In this document: in pieces, positions 61,901 to 64,000 of the stretch
Numbering within the stretch: the stretch's first letter is position 1
Layout of the letters: every line of letters starts with the position of its first letter
From: Eledone cirrhosa
Lineage: Eukaryota
Assembly (NCBI GenBank): GCA_964016885.1
Contig: OZ024741.1
Span: 394,010,001-394,074,000, forward strand
Length of the DNA: 64,000 nucleotides
Reading direction: 5' to 3'
Translations under genes and position numbers: made by a program
The notes under the pieces: model-generated
Told to the model about the DNA's origin: nothing
What the model saw: the letters and a program-made list of their open reading frames with translations, nothing else
Databases searched by the model: none

Positions 61901-64000
61901 TTGTAAACAATATTAAAACATGTGAAGTATTATATTGTAAACAATATAAACACATGTGAAGTATTATATTGTAAACAATAGTAAAACATGTGAAGTATGA
62001 TATCATAAACAATATTAACACATGTGAAGTATTATATTGTAAACAATATTAAAACATGTGAAATATTATATTGTAAACAATATTAAAACAAGTGAAGTAT
62101 TATATTGTAAACAATATTAACACATGTGAAGTATTATATTGTAAACAATATTAAAACATGTGAAGTATTATATTGTAAACAATATTAACACATGTAAAGT
62201 ATTATATTGTAAACAATATTAAAACATGTGAAATATTATATTATAAACAATATTAACACATGTGAAGTATTATATTGTAAACAATATTAAAACATGTGAA
62301 GTATTATATTGTAAACAATATTAAAACATGTGAAGTATTATATTGTAAACAATATTAACACATGTAAAGGATTATATTTTAAACAATATTAAAACATGTG
62401 AGGTATTATATCATAAACAATATTAACACATGTGAAGTATTATATGGTAAACAATATTAAAACATGTGAAGTATTATATTGTAAACAATATTAAAACATG
62501 TGAAGTATTATATTGTAAACAATATTAAAACATGTGAAGTATTATATCATAACCAATACTAAAACATGTGAAGTATTATATTGTAAACAATATTAACACA
62601 TGTGAAGTATTATATCATAAACAATATCAAAACATGTGAAGTATTATATTGTAAACAATATTAACACATCTGAAGTATTATATTGTAAACAATATTAAAA
62701 CATGTGAAGTATTATATTATAAACAATATTAACACATGTGAAGTATTATATTGTAAACAATATTAACACATGTGAAGTATTATATCATAAACAATATTAA
62801 AACATGTGAAGTATTATATTGTAAACAATATTAACACATGTAAAGTATTATATTGTAAACAATATTAAAACATGTGAAGTATTATATCATAAACAATATT
62901 AACACATGTGAAGTATTATATGGTAAACAATATTAAAACATGTGAAGTATTATATTGTAAACAATATTAACACATGTGAATTATTATATTGTAAACAATA
63001 TTAACTCATGTGAAGTATTATATTGTAAACAATATTAAAACATGTGAAGTATTATATTGTAAACAATATTAACACATGTGAAGTATTATATTGTAAACAA
63101 TATTAACACATGTGAAGTATTATATTGTAAACAATATTAAAACATGTGAAGTATTATATTGTAAACAATATAAACACATGTAAAGTATTATATTGTAAAC
63201 AATATTAAAACATGTGAAGCATTATATTGTAAACAATATTAACACATGTGAAGTATTATATCATAAACAATATTAAAACATGTGAAGTATTATATTGTAA
63301 ACAATATTAAAATATGTGAAGTATTATATCATAAACAATATTAACGCATGTGAAGTATTATATTGTAAACAATATTAAAACATGTAAAGTATTATATGAT
63401 AAACAATATTAACGCATGTGAAGTATTATATTGTAAACAATATTAAAACATGTGAAGTATTATATCATAAACAATATTAACACATGTGAAGTATTATATC
63501 ATAAACAATATTAAAACATGTGAAGTATTATATTGTAAACAATATTAATGCATGTGAAGTATTATATTGTAAACAATATTAAAACATGTGAAGTATTATA
63601 TTGTAAACAATATTAAAACATGTGAAGTATTATATCATAAACAATATTAAAACATGTGAAGTATTATATTGTAAACAATATTAACACATGTGAAGTATTA
63701 TATTGTAAACAATATTAAAACATGTGAAGTATTATATTGTAAACAATATTAACACATGCAAAGTATTATATTGTAAACAATATTAAAACATGTGAAGTAT
63801 TATATCATAAACAATATTAACACATGTGAAGTATTATATGGTAAACAATATTAAAACATGTGAAGTATTATATTGTAAACAATATTAACACATGTGAATT
63901 ATTATATTGTAAACAATATTAACACATGTGAAGTATTATATTGTAAACAATATTAAAACATGTGAAGTATTATATTGTAAACAATATTAACACATGTGAA

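Larger units (their letters stand above)
1..64000. repeat. 34-bp AT-rich tandem satellite array, ~1,880 monomers, single orientation, extends beyond both window ends
   Basis: Bases 1-34 (gtaaacaatattaaaacatgtgaagtattatatt) recur at 35, 69, ... through to the last partial unit at 63977. Most units differ from consensus at 0-4 positions and indels are rare (1-2 bp). No non-repeat sequence seen. 6/34 G+C in the first monomer. Confidence 0.99.

Noticed and set aside
1-64000. CRISPR array (34-bp, partly palindromic repeat)
   Set aside because: Repeats are directly adjacent with no unique spacers, no leader and no cas genes.
1-64000. Repetitive protein-coding ORF on either strand
   Set aside because: The plus strand has TAA and TGA in each monomer and the minus strand has TAA. 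Because 34 is not a multiple of 3, every frame meets a stop within three monomers.
1-64000. Minus-strand ORF under a ciliate-type code (TAA/TAG = Gln)
   Set aside because: The TG-type monomer lacks TGA on the minus strand, but the frequent CA junction variant introduces TGA, and 1-2 bp indels occur freely. No coding signature.
1-64000. Telomerase-made telomeric repeat, plasmid iterons or mitochondrial control-region repeat
   Set aside because: No G-rich strand, and kb-scale block duplications of rare variants indicate recombinational copying rather than templated addition. The length far exceeds typical iteron or control-region arrays and there are no associated genes.
1-64000. Promoter -10/TATA-like or polyadenylation signals (TATAAT on the minus strand, TATTATA)
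   Set aside because: Expected by chance in ~82% AT sequence, with no downstream gene.
1-64000. Array as a pure sequencing or assembly artefact (concatemer)
   Set aside because: Rare variants are shared in ordered, nested blocks with independent private changes, which fits real evolutionary history. Individual duplications still need read support.

Overview
The whole 64-kb window is one uninterrupted, head-to-tail, single-orientation AT-rich (~18-20% GC) tandem array of a 34-bp monomer, consensus GTAAACAATATTAA[AA/CA/CG]CATGTGAAGTATTATATT, about 1,880 copies, continuing past both window edges. It looks like eukaryotic satellite DNA, but I do not recognise the family or the organism. I found no genes, RNA genes, transposons, spacers or inversions. 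All information lies in the order of monomer variants. Two dinucleotide sites are common polymorphisms, and rarer variants mark 1-5 kb tandem and dispersed duplications (offsets 1053, 1462, 1463, 2241, 2788, 2991, 3297, 4863, 7755, 14374 bp) with no single fixed higher-order period. Diagnostic variants change at about 27 kb. The monomer contains two dyads, forkhead/Sox/E-box-like words, a possible 17-bp sub-period and a TG/CA/CG pattern suggestive of CpG decay. I cannot support a novel gene system here; functional ideas are inference only. All offsets were derived by eye from marker variants and block edges are approximate.
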